Source of the DNA: a bacterium
Lineage (GTDB): Bacteria > Patescibacteriota > Minisyncoccia > Phycocordibacterales > UBA12079
Length of the DNA stretch: 64,000 bases
Reading direction: 5' to 3'
Assembly (NCBI GenBank): GCA_030641525.1
Contig: DAOWHH010000016.1
Location: 1,073 to 65,072 of the forward strand
The position numbers and the translations under genes are program-made. Below, piece after piece: positions 20,802 to 31,202 of this stretch. A model generated the notes under the pieces. That model was not told the origin of the DNA. It ran no database searches and saw nothing but the letters and a program-made list of their open reading frames with translations. Within the stretch, counting starts at the first letter, position 1; each line of letters starts with the position of its first letter.

Positions 20802-21188
20802 TTAGATGTTCAAAGTGTAATAAACACCTTTGCCTGATTCTCCTATTTGAGTGATTTTTTCTTCATCCTCCAATTCATTTAAATATTTTCTAGCTGTTGC
20901 ACCTGACACATCAAGTAATTCTTCAACATCATTACAAGTAATCCCTTTTTTAGTATTATCTAAATTACAAGTTTTTAATTCTTCTTGGTGAATAGCTTCG
21001 CTATTCATTAGATTCAAAATCTTTTCTTTTCGATTTTCCATTCTTTCATCCAAAGATTTTTTAGCTTCAACTCGCATATCACTTAATTCAACCTCTGATT
21101 TTGGGGTAAAGGTTTTTTGTCTTTTAACACTTTTTCTTCCGATGAAGAAACTTATTATGGCGATGGTTATTAAGATTAGATAGTTCAT
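20802..21188 (-). CDS. Membrane-anchored winged-HTH protein
   Basis: N-terminal TM; ITCNDVEELLDVSGATARKYLNELE...G...YY. Confidence 0.7.
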   Translation of the reverse strand: MNYLILITIAIISFFIGRKSVKRQKTFTPKSEVELSDMRVEAKKSLDERMENRKEKILNLMNSEAIHQEELKTCNLDNTKKGITCNDVEELLDVSGATARKYLNELEDEEKITQIGESGKGVYYTLNI

Positions 21189-21267
21189 GAGGTTATTATA
21201 CTATTTTTTGGGATAAAAAAATCGATTAAACATACATATGTTTAACTGATTATAGAAACAAATGAAA

Positions 21268-21681
21268 TTATTTATTTTCGTTCACTATAACTCTTACTAT
21301 AGATTCTTCATAATCATTTATCACGACTATTGCTCCAAAATCATATTTTAAATTAGATTGAAACCAAAAACTTTTAATTTTATCTAACTCTTGTTCAACA
21401 TCTTGTCTTTTTCTTTTTACTTCAACAATAAGAAAATTATGATCATGATTACCTCTCTTATGCACAACAATATCAGGTCTTTTATTTTCTAAATTTGGTT
21501 TTGATATATCAACATCACAACTATAGTCATGAAAAACTTTTTGGATTTCACTTGAATAATGATGTGTAATATTCCATTCGGTCTGGTTTGTAGCAGATGT
21601 AAATTCAAAAAAATCTTTTTGACTTTCCAAAAGATTTTTTACTGCTTTTTTTAATATTTCTTCAATTTTAATTTTATCCAC
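21268..21681 (-). CDS. Small PD-(D/E)xK-like nuclease-fold protein
   Basis: EWNITHH, RPDIVVHKRG, IVEVK; similar to 54917-55408. Confidence 0.6.
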   Translation of the reverse strand: MDKIKIEEILKKAVKNLLESQKDFFEFTSATNQTEWNITHHYSSEIQKVFHDYSCDVDISKPNLENKRPDIVVHKRGNHDHNFLIVEVKRKRQDVEQELDKIKSFWFQSNLKYDFGAIVVINDYEESIVRVIVNENK

Positions 21682-21691
21682 CTTTTTTGTT

Positions 21692-24448
21692 TTAAGAAAT
21701 CAAATATTTCTGAATCTTAGTCAATATATTATCCACCGTCAATTTATTCTTTGGTGAACAACCAACAATATGATCAACATACTTTTTATTTTTTAGTTCT
21801 GTTAGTAAATTAGCACTTACATTTCCTTTCCCAGAATGATGATGAATTTGAGCAGTAATAATAACACTATATTTACTTTGTCCACTTTTCAATTTTCCCA
21901 TAATGCCGCTATTTTTAAGTTTTATATTATTGAAAAAATCAATATCCCATTCAGTCGCATTAATTCCAAATTTTGAAAAGTAGTTATTTAATTCTTGTTT
22001 AATTGTGTTTTCATCAACAACCTCACCTAAAACACAAATATTGAATGGTTTTTGTATTTTTAATTCTCTTTGTTGTGTTTGGGTTGTGTTATCCTGATAT
22101 TGTAAAACTGCTTCAAGATTGCTTTTTGCATCTCCTAATTGCATTGTCAAAAGTTCATTTTTCTCTTTTTCATTTTCGAGATCTTTTAATGCTTTTTCCC
22201 ATTCTTTGCCAATTTCTTCTAAAAATTTTTCATCACCAACTACTTTTTTACTCTGTGCAACTTTTCTCAATCCTTTTTCATAAATTGAGGAAAAGCTACC
22301 TAAATCTTGCTCCTTTAGACTTTTGAAAAAATTTAAATAATCTATTGGTGAAATTATCCAAAAATGTAATTTTTCTTTCCCCTTATATTTTTTTAAATAA
22401 GATTTTCCAGCATTAAGTTTAAGAATATTTTCATTTTTGAAATCTTTATCATCTTTAATTTCAACTACTAAAATATCTTTTTTTGTTTTTATAACAAAAT
22501 CAGGGTAAAAACCATAAAAGTGGTTATCTTCCTTTTTGTAAGAAATCCCGAAATACTTACTTTCTCGCTCACCATTTTTCCACCACCACAAAATATCATC
22601 ATCTGTCTTTTCTAATTCATTAATAAATATTTCTTCCGGTTTAGATTGTATTAATTTTCCGTTTTTATTTTTCTTGATTGAATATGGTTTCAGAATTGAT
22701 TTTTTAACATCTGTTATAGTTTGATAGTTATCAAATACACTTAAAAACTCAGGTACTTGCCAATTTTTATTTTTATTTACAATATCAATTTTTTCTGGAA
22801 GTTGCTTATATTCTTCCTTAGCAAGTTCAATTAATTGTTCAATTTCACTTCTATTTTTTGGATTAAGGACTATGTTAGCAATTATGTCTTCATCATCAAT
22901 TTTTAACCTCCTTTTGAAAAGTGAGCGTACGCTACTTTTTAAAATTTCTGTTGAACGAGTGGGAGCAAATGGAGAAGTTTTAGATCGTAAAAATTTTGTG
23001 TATTCAGCACAAATTTCTTCTCTATCTTTCAAAATATCTGTTGTTTCATCAAAATTAACTGTTTGTACGATGTCAATATCTACAATTTCTCCATCCACAC
23101 CGATTTTCTTTTGAAGAGGAACAATATTAGCATTGATAGCTTTCTTTAGATTTTTATCTTCAGCAACTTTCAACAAACATTTTCTAAATTCGCCCGAAAG
23201 TCTTGTTTTCTCTCTTTTTCTGCGAATATGTTCACTTGGTAAATAAATATTTCCATAAACAGTATTATCTCGTTGCATTATTTCCTTACTTACATAATCT
23301 TTTGCTAAATCTTCTACTATACTAAAATTGTCAGAAGCAGTGTAAACATAACCAATATTTAAATCTGGATTATTCTCATAGTACTTATGTTCTGGCATTC
23401 GCATAATTCGTCCAAGTGTTTGAACATTGAAAATATAGTTATCTACATTCCATTCTCTCTGTAAGAGTAAAATACTTGCTCGAGGACAATCCCAGCCCAA
23501 AGCTATAGCTTCTTTGAAAACTAAAACATTGACATCACTATCATTGTTTTCTAAATAATCTAGATTCTTTTTTTTATCTTTTTCCGAGAGCCAAATGGCT
23601 AATTTTTTGTTTTGTGTTGTAATTCCTTGTTTACTCAATACTTCTAAAATCCTATCTTCAGGATCTCTCACATCTCCAGGACTTTTTCTCGGAATTTGAA
23701 TAAGTAAAAGTGGATTTACTTTCGAGCCAATTTCTTCATATTGTTTCTTGAGTTGTTTTTGTCTGCGAAGTGCAGCTTCAACAACATCTTTATTCGTTTC
23801 TGCTTTTTTCAAACCAAGATTTATCTGAATTCCTGACTTAATCATTTCTTCAACAATTACATCTGATCGCTTTACAGATATTTTATGATTACTTGCCATT
23901 TCTTTCGGTGTTGCCGAAACTTCAATTGTTAAATTTGGAGAAATAATATTAATAATCTCTTTTGATTTACTCGTCTTAGCATTCCTATGGCTTTCGTCAA
24001 TAATTAAAACAATTTTTCGATCTTCTTCTTTTGTATTATCAATTATTTTGCTCAAATTCCAATCCCTCTCATTATCAAGCATAAAAACATTTCCTTTTTT
24101 GTTAAGACTTTCCCAATTAACAAAGAGAATTTGATTTTCTTCAATTTCATTGTTTTGAATTTCGTTTACTGAAATACATTCAAGTAATCTTTCGTTTTCA
24201 AAATATCCTTCTAATTTTTCTTTACTTTGTTTGTGCAGATAATTTACAGAAATCCAAACAAAAGATAATTCTTTCTTTCCTTGAGCTTTTTTTGTAATCT
24301 GCGACAAACTTTCAGCAAGCATAATTGTTTTTCCTGCTCCTGTCGGAGCCTGAAAAACAATTACACCGTTATCTTCCTCTTCTAATAATTCTGTGGAGTA
24401 ATCAACTAGTTTTTTTACCGCCTTATTTTGATAGTTTAATTCTTTCAT
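21692..24448 (-). CDS. res: Type III restriction enzyme Res subunit (SF2 helicase plus nuclease) with extra C-terminal domain
   Basis: APTGAGKT, IIDESH, SATP, GWDCPRA, QTLGRIMR, YPDF...VEIK. Confidence 0.88.
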   Translation of the reverse strand: MKELNYQNKAVKKLVDYSTELLEEEDNGVIVFQAPTGAGKTIMLAESLSQITKKAQGKKELSFVWISVNYLHKQSKEKLEGYFENERLLECISVNEIQNNEIEENQILFVNWESLNKKGNVFMLDNERDWNLSKIIDNTKEEDRKIVLIIDESHRNAKTSKSKEIINIISPNLTIEVSATPKEMASNHKISVKRSDVIVEEMIKSGIQINLGLKKAETNKDVVEAALRRQKQLKKQYEEIGSKVNPLLLIQIPRKSPGDVRDPEDRILEVLSKQGITTQNKKLAIWLSEKDKKKNLDYLENNDSDVNVLVFKEAIALGWDCPRASILLLQREWNVDNYIFNVQTLGRIMRMPEHKYYENNPDLNIGYVYTASDNFSIVEDLAKDYVSKEIMQRDNTVYGNIYLPSEHIRRKREKTRLSGEFRKCLLKVAEDKNLKKAINANIVPLQKKIGVDGEIVDIDIVQTVNFDETTDILKDREEICAEYTKFLRSKTSPFAPTRSTEILKSSVRSLFKRRLKIDDEDIIANIVLNPKNRSEIEQLIELAKEEYKQLPEKIDIVNKNKNWQVPEFLSVFDNYQTITDVKKSILKPYSIKKNKNGKLIQSKPEEIFINELEKTDDDILWWWKNGERESKYFGISYKKEDNHFYGFYPDFVIKTKKDILVVEIKDDKDFKNENILKLNAGKSYLKKYKGKEKLHFWIISPIDYLNFFKSLKEQDLGSFSSIYEKGLRKVAQSKKVVGDEKFLEEIGKEWEKALKDLENEKEKNELLTMQLGDAKSNLEAVLQYQDNTTQTQQRELKIQKPFNICVLGEVVDENTIKQELNNYFSKFGINATEWDIDFFNNIKLKNSGIMGKLKSGQSKYSVIITAQIHHHSGKGNVSANLLTELKNKKYVDHIVGCSPKNKLTVDNILTKIQKYLIS

Positions 24449-26229
24449 GATTGTTTTAATTTATGAATGTTTTTATAAATTTTTCGGTATACATTCAAAA
24501 TTACTTCTGGAATTGGTTTTATTTCCACGATACTTGATATGTCGTCAAAATCTTCTTTATTGAAAGTGTGATCATAACTGAATACATAAACTGTAAGTGG
24601 TTTCTTTAATTTTTTAACCACCTTGATAAAATTATCAATTGCATCTTCATCATAAATAATACCTGTCATTTTTTCTGAATTCTCAAAAATTACAAAAAAA
24701 TCTTTTTTCTCTAACACTTTATCAAAAGTATCTTCAGTTAAACAGAGCATTTCGGTACTTTTACTTACTAATTTCCTTTTATCATTATCTGTTCTTATTT
24801 GATTAACAAAAGCAGTTTCATAGTAGCGTAGACTTCCACCCAAACCATCAATTTTCTTCATTTTAGAATTTTTATAACCATTGATAATTTTTTCTATTCG
24901 TGGATATGTAACTCTCTGACATATACCAATTTGATCTTTATTAAGTTTTGGGTTTTCCTTTACTAATTTACTACCAACACCGTTTAATTCGTTGTTAGTA
25001 CATAAAATAAATTTTCTATTTCCTTTGTCTTCACTATTCAAAAGTAGGGTAGCGACTCCAGTCGTTCCACTTCCAGCCATAAAATCTAAAATAATTGAAT
25101 TTTTATCACTTGTCAAATAAAGAATATCTTTTATAAGTTCCAGTGGTTTAGGGTTGTCAAACACCTTGTCTCCAAACATATCTTTTAATTGAGCTGTTCC
25201 ATTTCCGCTACTGTATTCTGGCTTATAAAATAAAGTTTTTGGTTTTTTTGTGGGTAAATCCCTAAGTTGTGGTCGTTGTTTTTTGTATAAACTATATTCA
25301 CCATTTAGTGAAACAATTATATTGTGATTTTCTTCATTTAATTTCTTTTTACTCCATCTCCACGACATTTCTTTTTTTTCTGTAATTGGCAAAATAATTT
25401 TATCCTTTTTATTCAAAGGTTTATCATTTATTGTTGTATAAAAACTTCCGTTAGATTTAAAAAATATTGGATAAAAAAGATTTGGTCTTTTTTCTCTTGG
25501 TGCATTTGTACCGGTTGCTTTTAAGTTTGCCCCTTTTTTATAATAGCCGTATTCATCTTCATCCCATTCTTCCATTATTTTTTCTTCATCAACATCAAAC
25601 TCATTTATATTCGCCAAAGATTTATTTTTAGCATAAATAAGAGTATATTCGTGAGTCCCTGCAAATCCAAATTGATCATTATTACCTTTTAGGTTCATTA
25701 CTGTTGGAAGCATGGCAATAAAATTATTTTCACCAAAAAAGTTTGGATCATCCATTAATACTCTTAGTTGCCCAATTTCATTATCATCAATACTGATAAC
25801 AATAATTCCAGTATCTTTGAGTAAATATTTTGCTAGTTTTAATCTTTTAGCAATAAAAGATAACCATTTTGAATGACGAAATCTATTTTCTTTATCGATA
25901 TAGTCATCATTATATACAAAGTCCTTATTTCCAGTATTATATGGCGGATCAATATAAATCACATCTACTTTCTTTTTGTGTGTATAACACAAAGTTGAAA
26001 GAGCATGATAATTATCACCTTTAATTAAAATATGTTTTAAATCATCTTTATTATTTTCAATTCTTTTCTTTTTTATTTCACTTAAAATAGGTAAAAAATC
26101 TTTACATTTATCTGCGACATTCTCATCTTTATCCTCCCAAACAAGACCAAATTTCTTTCTTTGTAAAAGAGCCTTAATCTCATGGACAAGTTTGTCTTTT
26201 GACCATTTGTGATAATCTTTTTTCACCAT
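24445..26229 (-). CDS. mod: Type III R-M adenine methyltransferase Mod
   Basis: IYIDPPYNTG, NPKPLEL, DFMAGSGTTG; overlaps the res start (ATGA). Confidence 0.92.
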   Translation of the reverse strand: MVKKDYHKWSKDKLVHEIKALLQRKKFGLVWEDKDENVADKCKDFLPILSEIKKKRIENNKDDLKHILIKGDNYHALSTLCYTHKKKVDVIYIDPPYNTGNKDFVYNDDYIDKENRFRHSKWLSFIAKRLKLAKYLLKDTGIIVISIDDNEIGQLRVLMDDPNFFGENNFIAMLPTVMNLKGNNDQFGFAGTHEYTLIYAKNKSLANINEFDVDEEKIMEEWDEDEYGYYKKGANLKATGTNAPREKRPNLFYPIFFKSNGSFYTTINDKPLNKKDKIILPITEKKEMSWRWSKKKLNEENHNIIVSLNGEYSLYKKQRPQLRDLPTKKPKTLFYKPEYSSGNGTAQLKDMFGDKVFDNPKPLELIKDILYLTSDKNSIILDFMAGSGTTGVATLLLNSEDKGNRKFILCTNNELNGVGSKLVKENPKLNKDQIGICQRVTYPRIEKIINGYKNSKMKKIDGLGGSLRYYETAFVNQIRTDNDKRKLVSKSTEMLCLTEDTFDKVLEKKDFFVIFENSEKMTGIIYDEDAIDNFIKVVKKLKKPLTVYVFSYDHTFNKEDFDDISSIVEIKPIPEVILNVYRKIYKNIHKLKQS

Positions 26230-26231
26230 AA

Positions 26232-26441
26232 CTATTTAATCAAATTATCAATTTTAATTTCTAAACCTTTTGCTATTTTTTCCACAGTTTGAATTGAAGG
26301 TTTAGTAATAACATTAGATTCTAATTTCGTGAGAGTTGTATAGGGAACATTTGATTTTCGGGCGAGTGTATCTTGAGTTATACCAAGTTTTGCTCTTCGA
26401 GCCTTTATTTTATCCCCGATAGTTATTTTTTTACTTTCCAT
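26232..26441 (-). CDS. XRE-family HTH regulator (controller-like)
   Basis: RAKLGITQDTLA...LTKLES...PSIQTVEKIAKGL; 2 bp upstream of mod. Confidence 0.85.
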   Translation of the reverse strand: MESKKITIGDKIKARRAKLGITQDTLARKSNVPYTTLTKLESNVITKPSIQTVEKIAKGLEIKIDNLIK

Positions 26442-26713
26442 AGTATGATATCATAAATATACTAGTTGGGTAATTCCCTAAATATTAATATCATTATAGC
26501 ACATTAAAAAATTCCACCAACAACCCACCAAATCAACCTGCAGTAAGCAGTCAGTATCTCCAAGCATTCAATACTGGCTATTTGTAGAAACCACCCTCAA
26601 AAAATTTCTTTTCCTTTTCTCTAAAAAAAATTTGGGGGGCGAAAAAAAAGGAAAAAATGCAAAGAAAGTTTTTTGAGGTGGTCAAAGGAACACTTCGTAT
26701 GCATAATCTATGT

Positions 26714-26831
26714 GGTCACAAATCACTAAATATTTTTTTCGTCCTTTGGACTCAAAAATATCTAAGTGTTTGCCGACCCCGGCTCACGGTTTTTACTTCT
26801 TTGTGGGAAGCAAAAACATCGCTCCGCCTTC
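26714..26831 (-). ncRNA. Structured tRNA-associated element, copy A
   Basis: GAAGGCGGAG...TGAGCCGGGGTCG...CACT-hairpin-AGTGATTTGTGACC, shared with copies B and C. Confidence 0.6.
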
Positions 26832-26874
26832 ACAAAACTAAAAAAGTAAAGCAGTTTACTTTTTCTTAACGTTT

Positions 26875-26992
26875 TGTGACCCTACCGGGAATCGGTCACA
26901 AATCACTAATGATTTTGTTCGTGCTTCGCACTCCAAAATCATAAGTGTTCGCGACCCCGTCTCAGAAAATTTCGAATTTTCTTCCGACTTTC
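26875..26992 (-). ncRNA. Structured element copy B followed by a duplicated tRNA-Glu 3' end
   Basis: 26875-26894 equals 27061-27080 (tgtgaccctaccgggaatcg). Confidence 0.65.
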
Positions 26993-27062
26993 GATTATCT
27001 CCATAAGAGATTCACTAGAATTTAAAAAGAGATAGTTGAAAAACTATCTCTTTTTAAATTTG

Positions 27063-27134
27063 TGACCCTACCGGGAATCGAACCCGGATTGCCGGCTTGA
27101 AAAGCCGATGTCCTAACCATTAGACGATAGGGCC
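27063..27134 (-). tRNA. tRNA-Glu (TTC)
   Basis: GGCCCTATCGTCTAATGGTTAGGACATCGGCT-TTC-AAGCCGGCAATCCGGGTTCGATTCCCGGTAGGGTCA cloverleaf; CCA not encoded. Confidence 0.95.
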
Positions 27135-27470
27135 ATTATTTATTATTTTAAACTAATTACATTTCTTATATTTTACACGAACATCGGCTTTTACAAAGCC
27201 TTACCCTATTTTCTATCTCACTACCGCTCGATAACGAAAATTTTTTCTTCCAGAAAAATCGGATAAAAAACAAAGAAATTTGTTTTTTATTCCAATAACC
27301 ATTAGACGATAGGGCCATTATTTATTATTTTAAACTAATTACATTTCTTATATTTTACACGAACATCGACTTTTGAAAAGCCGCCTATTTCCTATTTCGC
27401 CCTACTCAATAACGGAAATTTTTTACTTCGTAAAAATCGGATTAAAAGCAAAATGTTTTAGCCATATTAC
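27114..27470. repeat. ~182-bp tandem duplication including the tRNA-Glu 5' end and upstream region
   Basis: 27114-27200 nearly identical to 27296-27382; the following halves are diverged but alignable. Confidence 0.85.
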
Positions 27471-27530
27471 TCCAATATTATACCAATTTTTGTGAAAAAA
27501 GCAAAAAAATGGTAAATTGTTTAATATATT

Positions 27531-27617
27531 GGAGGTGTGGCTGAGTGGTTGAAGGTACCGCTTTCGAAAAGCGGCATGCGGGAAACTGCATCAGAGGTTC
27601 GAATCCTCTCACCTCCG
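27531..27617 (+). tRNA. tRNA-Ser (CGA)
   Basis: GGAGGTG acceptor, CCGCT-TTCGAAA-AGCGG anticodon arm, long variable arm, GGTTCGAATCC. Confidence 0.95.
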
Positions 27618-27631
27618 CAATATAAATTATT

Positions 27632-28843
27632 ATGAAAATATTATCCATAGAAACAAGTTGTGATGAAACTGCTATCAGTATTTTAGAAGCTGAGGGTGAT
27701 TTTTATAATGAAGATAACCCAATTAAATTTAAAATTCTAGCCAATAATTTAATCTCCCAAATTGATATTCACAAGGAATATGGAGGAGTTTTCCCAGCTC
27801 TAGCTAAAAGAGAACATAGTAAAAATCTCATTCCTCTTCTAACAAAAACCCTCAAAGATTCTTCACTTAGTGCTCCAAGGTCTAAGTACAAGGACATAAA
27901 TGATGATATAAGTAAAATATTAGAAAGAGAACCTGAATTACTTAAATTATTTTTGAAATATATCCCTACAATTGAAATCCCTGATATTGATATAATCACA
28001 GTCACCCAAGGCCCAGGATTAGAACCAGCTTTATGGGTAGGAATTAATTTTGCTAAAGCTCTAAGTTTAGTATGGGATAAACCATTAATTCCTGTTAATC
28101 ATATGGAAGGACACCTTCTTGCTTCACTCGCAAGTTCAAAAATAGAAAATATTGAGTTCCCAGCTATCGCATTATTAATTTCAGGAGGACATACTGAATT
28201 AATTTTAATGAAAGATTGGAATAAGTATGAAAAAATAGGACAAACTAGAGACGATGCAGTAGGTGAAGCTTTTGATAAAGTAGCTCGAATGATAGATCTC
28301 CCCTACCCAGGAGGACCTGAAATATCAAAATTAGCTGAAATAGAAAGAATACTTAGTAATCCAACTACTAAGTTTGATATTTCTTTACCAAGACCTATGT
28401 TAAATACTAATGATTTGGACTTTTCTTTTTCGGGACTCAAAACCGCTGTTCTGTATTTAGTCAAAAATTTGAAAAAAGAAATTAATCAAGATTATCTACC
28501 AATAGAGATAAAACAAAAAATAGCTTTGGAATTTGAAAATGCTGTTATTGAAATTTTACTCAAAAAAACCCAAAAAGCACTTCAACAATATAATGCTAAA
28601 ACTCTAATCTTAGGTGGTGGCGTCACAGCCAATAATCAAATACGAAAAGAATTCCAAAAACTTAGTGCTCCAAGGTCTAAGTTAGAGGTTTTGATACCTG
28701 AAAAAGAATTTTCAACTGATAATGCTGTGATGATAGGAATCGCTGGATATTTTAGATATCTAAATCTATCTATAAAAGGAGAAAAACTTTTCGCAACAAA
28801 AATCCTTGAATTCTCAGCCGATGGAAATTTAAGTCTTAATTAA
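27632..28843 (+). CDS. tsaD: tRNA t6A transferase TsaD, with three palindrome-derived in-frame segments
   Basis: SIETSCDETA, HMEGH, SGGHT, DDAVGEAFDK, FSFSGLKT, DNAVMI. Confidence 0.95.
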   Translation: MKILSIETSCDETAISILEAEGDFYNEDNPIKFKILANNLISQIDIHKEYGGVFPALAKREHSKNLIPLLTKTLKDSSLSAPRSKYKDINDDISKILEREPELLKLFLKYIPTIEIPDIDIITVTQGPGLEPALWVGINFAKALSLVWDKPLIPVNHMEGHLLASLASSKIENIEFPAIALLISGGHTELILMKDWNKYEKIGQTRDDAVGEAFDKVARMIDLPYPGGPEISKLAEIERILSNPTTKFDISLPRPMLNTNDLDFSFSGLKTAVLYLVKNLKKEINQDYLPIEIKQKIALEFENAVIEILLKKTQKALQQYNAKTLILGGGVTANNQIRKEFQKLSAPRSKLEVLIPEKEFSTDNAVMIGIAGYFRYLNLSIKGEKLFATKILEFSADGNLSLN

Positions 28844-29051
28844 TCTTAAAAAAATTCTTCGTAATCTAAGCATCGAAGGGTGCTAAGAAAACAACGACCC
28901 CCAGGGAAAACAAACTCACTTAATAAGTGGATTTTTTAATTAAATTTAAAACCTCCGGAGGTTCAACCTCCGGAGATAATTAAATAATTTTATACTACTG
29001 AAAACAAAAAGTAAAATAAATATAATTCGTGCTATAATACGATATATCACT

Positions 29052-31202
29052 ATGAACGACAAATTTTTAAAACCCTATAATCCGCAAGAAACTGAAAAAA
29101 GAATCTATGAATTTTGGGAAAAAAGTGGATTTTTTAATCCTGATAATCTTCCCCAAAGACACAAAGATCCTTTTACTATTATTATGCCCCCTCCTAATGC
29201 TAATGGTTCCCTTCATTCGGGACATGCTCTTTTTGTAGCTCTTGAAGACCTGATGGTTAGGTATAAAAGAATGAGAGGATATAAAACTTTATGGCTTCCT
29301 GGAGCAGATCATGCTGGTTTTGAAACTCAAGTAGTTTACGAAAAGAAATTGGAAAAAGAAGGTCGTTCTCGTTTCAAAATGGATCCAAAAGAACTTTATG
29401 ACGAAATAATGGAATTCACTTTGAGTAATAAAAGTTTTATGGAAGGACAAGTGCGTTCTCTTGGAGCTTCCTGTGATTGGTCACGAGAAAGATTTACTTT
29501 AGAACCTGAAATCAAAAAAATTGTTTACGGTACTTTCAAAAAACTTTCTGATGATAAATTACTTTATCGTGGAAAAAGAATTGTAAATTGGTGTTCTAAA
29601 CATCAAACCTCCTTATCAGAATTAGAAACTGAATCAATAGAACAAGAAGATAAATTCTATTATTTTCAATATGGACCTTTCCAAATAGGAACCACCCGAC
29701 CTGAAACTAAATTTGGCGATAAATACGTTGTGGTTCATCCTGATGATGAAAGATATAAACAATATAAAGATGGACAGAAATTTGATTTAGAATGGGTAAA
29801 TGGACCAATTACAGCCACTCTCATTAAAGATGATGTAATAGATATGGAATTTGGAACAGGAGCTATGACTATCACACCTTGGCATGATCCTGTTGATTTT
29901 GAAATTGCCCAAAGACATAATTTAGAATACGAACAAATTATTGATTTTCATGGAAAAATGCTTCCGATTGCAGGACAAGAATTTGAAGGTAAAAATATCA
30001 AAGACGCCCGAGAATTGATAATTAAAAAATTAGATGAAAAAGGTTTATTAGTAAAAACCGACGAAAATTTTAAGCACAGTATTAAAATTTGTTATAAATG
30101 TAACCGCCCCATAGAACCTCAAATAAAAGCTCAATGGTTTATTAAAATGCAACCATTGGCTCAAAAAGCAATGGAAGCTGTGAAAAATAAAAAAATTAAT
30201 TTCGTTACAGAAAGACACGAAAAAATATTTTTCCATTGGCTAGAAAATATAAGAGATTGGAATATCTCTAGACAAATAATTTGGGGAATTCCTATTCCTG
30301 CTAAAATTTGCAAAAAATGCAACGAAGGAATCGTTGATTTAGATAATATTATTTCAAAATGTCCAAAATGTAATAATGAAGTAGAAAAAGACCCTGACAC
30401 TTTTGATACATGGTTTTCCTCCGGACAATGGCCTTTTGCTACTCTTAATTACCCAGATGGAGATGATTTCAAAAACTTCTATCCTACCGATGTAATGGAA
30501 ACAGGTCATGATATCCTATTCTTTTGGGTAGCTAGAATGATTATGTTAGGGATTTACCGTACCAATGAAATTCCATTCAAAAACATTTATTTACACGGAA
30601 TGGTTAGAGATGCTAAAGGTAAGAAAATGAGTAAATCCAAAGGAAATGTAATCAATCCCCTAGATATGAGCGAAAAATTTGGAACAGACGCCTTGAGAAT
30701 GTCACTAATTGTTGGCAACACCCCTGGAACAGATATGAATCTTTCCGAAGACAAAATCCGAGCTTACAAAAAATTTGCTAATAAATTATGGAATATTAGT
30801 CGTTTTATTCTTGAAAATATTGATGATTCCAAAGAAATTGATTTACAATCTGATGAATTAAATAAATTAAGAAAGACAGATTCTGAATTACAAAAACTTC
30901 AAAAATTAACTTTGGATATCACTGATGATATGGAAAATTATCGTTTCTATATGGCTAGTGAAAAGATTTATCATTATGTATGGCATGAATTTGCAGATAA
31001 AATAATAGAAGAAAGTAAATTAAAGATAAATAACCAAAAAGATGAAAACATAAATGAAATTAAATTAATATTATTAGAAATATTGCAAAATGTGTTAAAA
31101 TTACTACATCCTTTTATGCCCTTTATCACAGAAGAAATTTGGACCGAATTACCTATTAAAAATAAGAAATATCTAATTATTGAAGAATGGACTAATGTTT
31201 AA
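29052..31202 (+). CDS. valS: Valine--tRNA ligase (compact form)
   Basis: PPPNANGSLHSGH, DWNISRQ, DTWFSS, KMSKS. Confidence 0.96.
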   Translation: MNDKFLKPYNPQETEKRIYEFWEKSGFFNPDNLPQRHKDPFTIIMPPPNANGSLHSGHALFVALEDLMVRYKRMRGYKTLWLPGADHAGFETQVVYEKKLEKEGRSRFKMDPKELYDEIMEFTLSNKSFMEGQVRSLGASCDWSRERFTLEPEIKKIVYGTFKKLSDDKLLYRGKRIVNWCSKHQTSLSELETESIEQEDKFYYFQYGPFQIGTTRPETKFGDKYVVVHPDDERYKQYKDGQKFDLEWVNGPITATLIKDDVIDMEFGTGAMTITPWHDPVDFEIAQRHNLEYEQIIDFHGKMLPIAGQEFEGKNIKDARELIIKKLDEKGLLVKTDENFKHSIKICYKCNRPIEPQIKAQWFIKMQPLAQKAMEAVKNKKINFVTERHEKIFFHWLENIRDWNISRQIIWGIPIPAKICKKCNEGIVDLDNIISKCPKCNNEVEKDPDTFDTWFSSGQWPFATLNYPDGDDFKNFYPTDVMETGHDILFFWVARMIMLGIYRTNEIPFKNIYLHGMVRDAKGKKMSKSKGNVINPLDMSEKFGTDALRMSLIVGNTPGTDMNLSEDKIRAYKKFANKLWNISRFILENIDDSKEIDLQSDELNKLRKTDSELQKLQKLTLDITDDMENYRFYMASEKIYHYVWHEFADKIIEESKLKINNQKDENINEIKLILLEILQNVLKLLHPFMPFITEEIWTELPIKNKKYLIIEEWTNV

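Noticed and set aside
26657-26869. 70-aa ORF
   Set aside because: Overlaps inverted repeats and structured element copy A, so likely spurious
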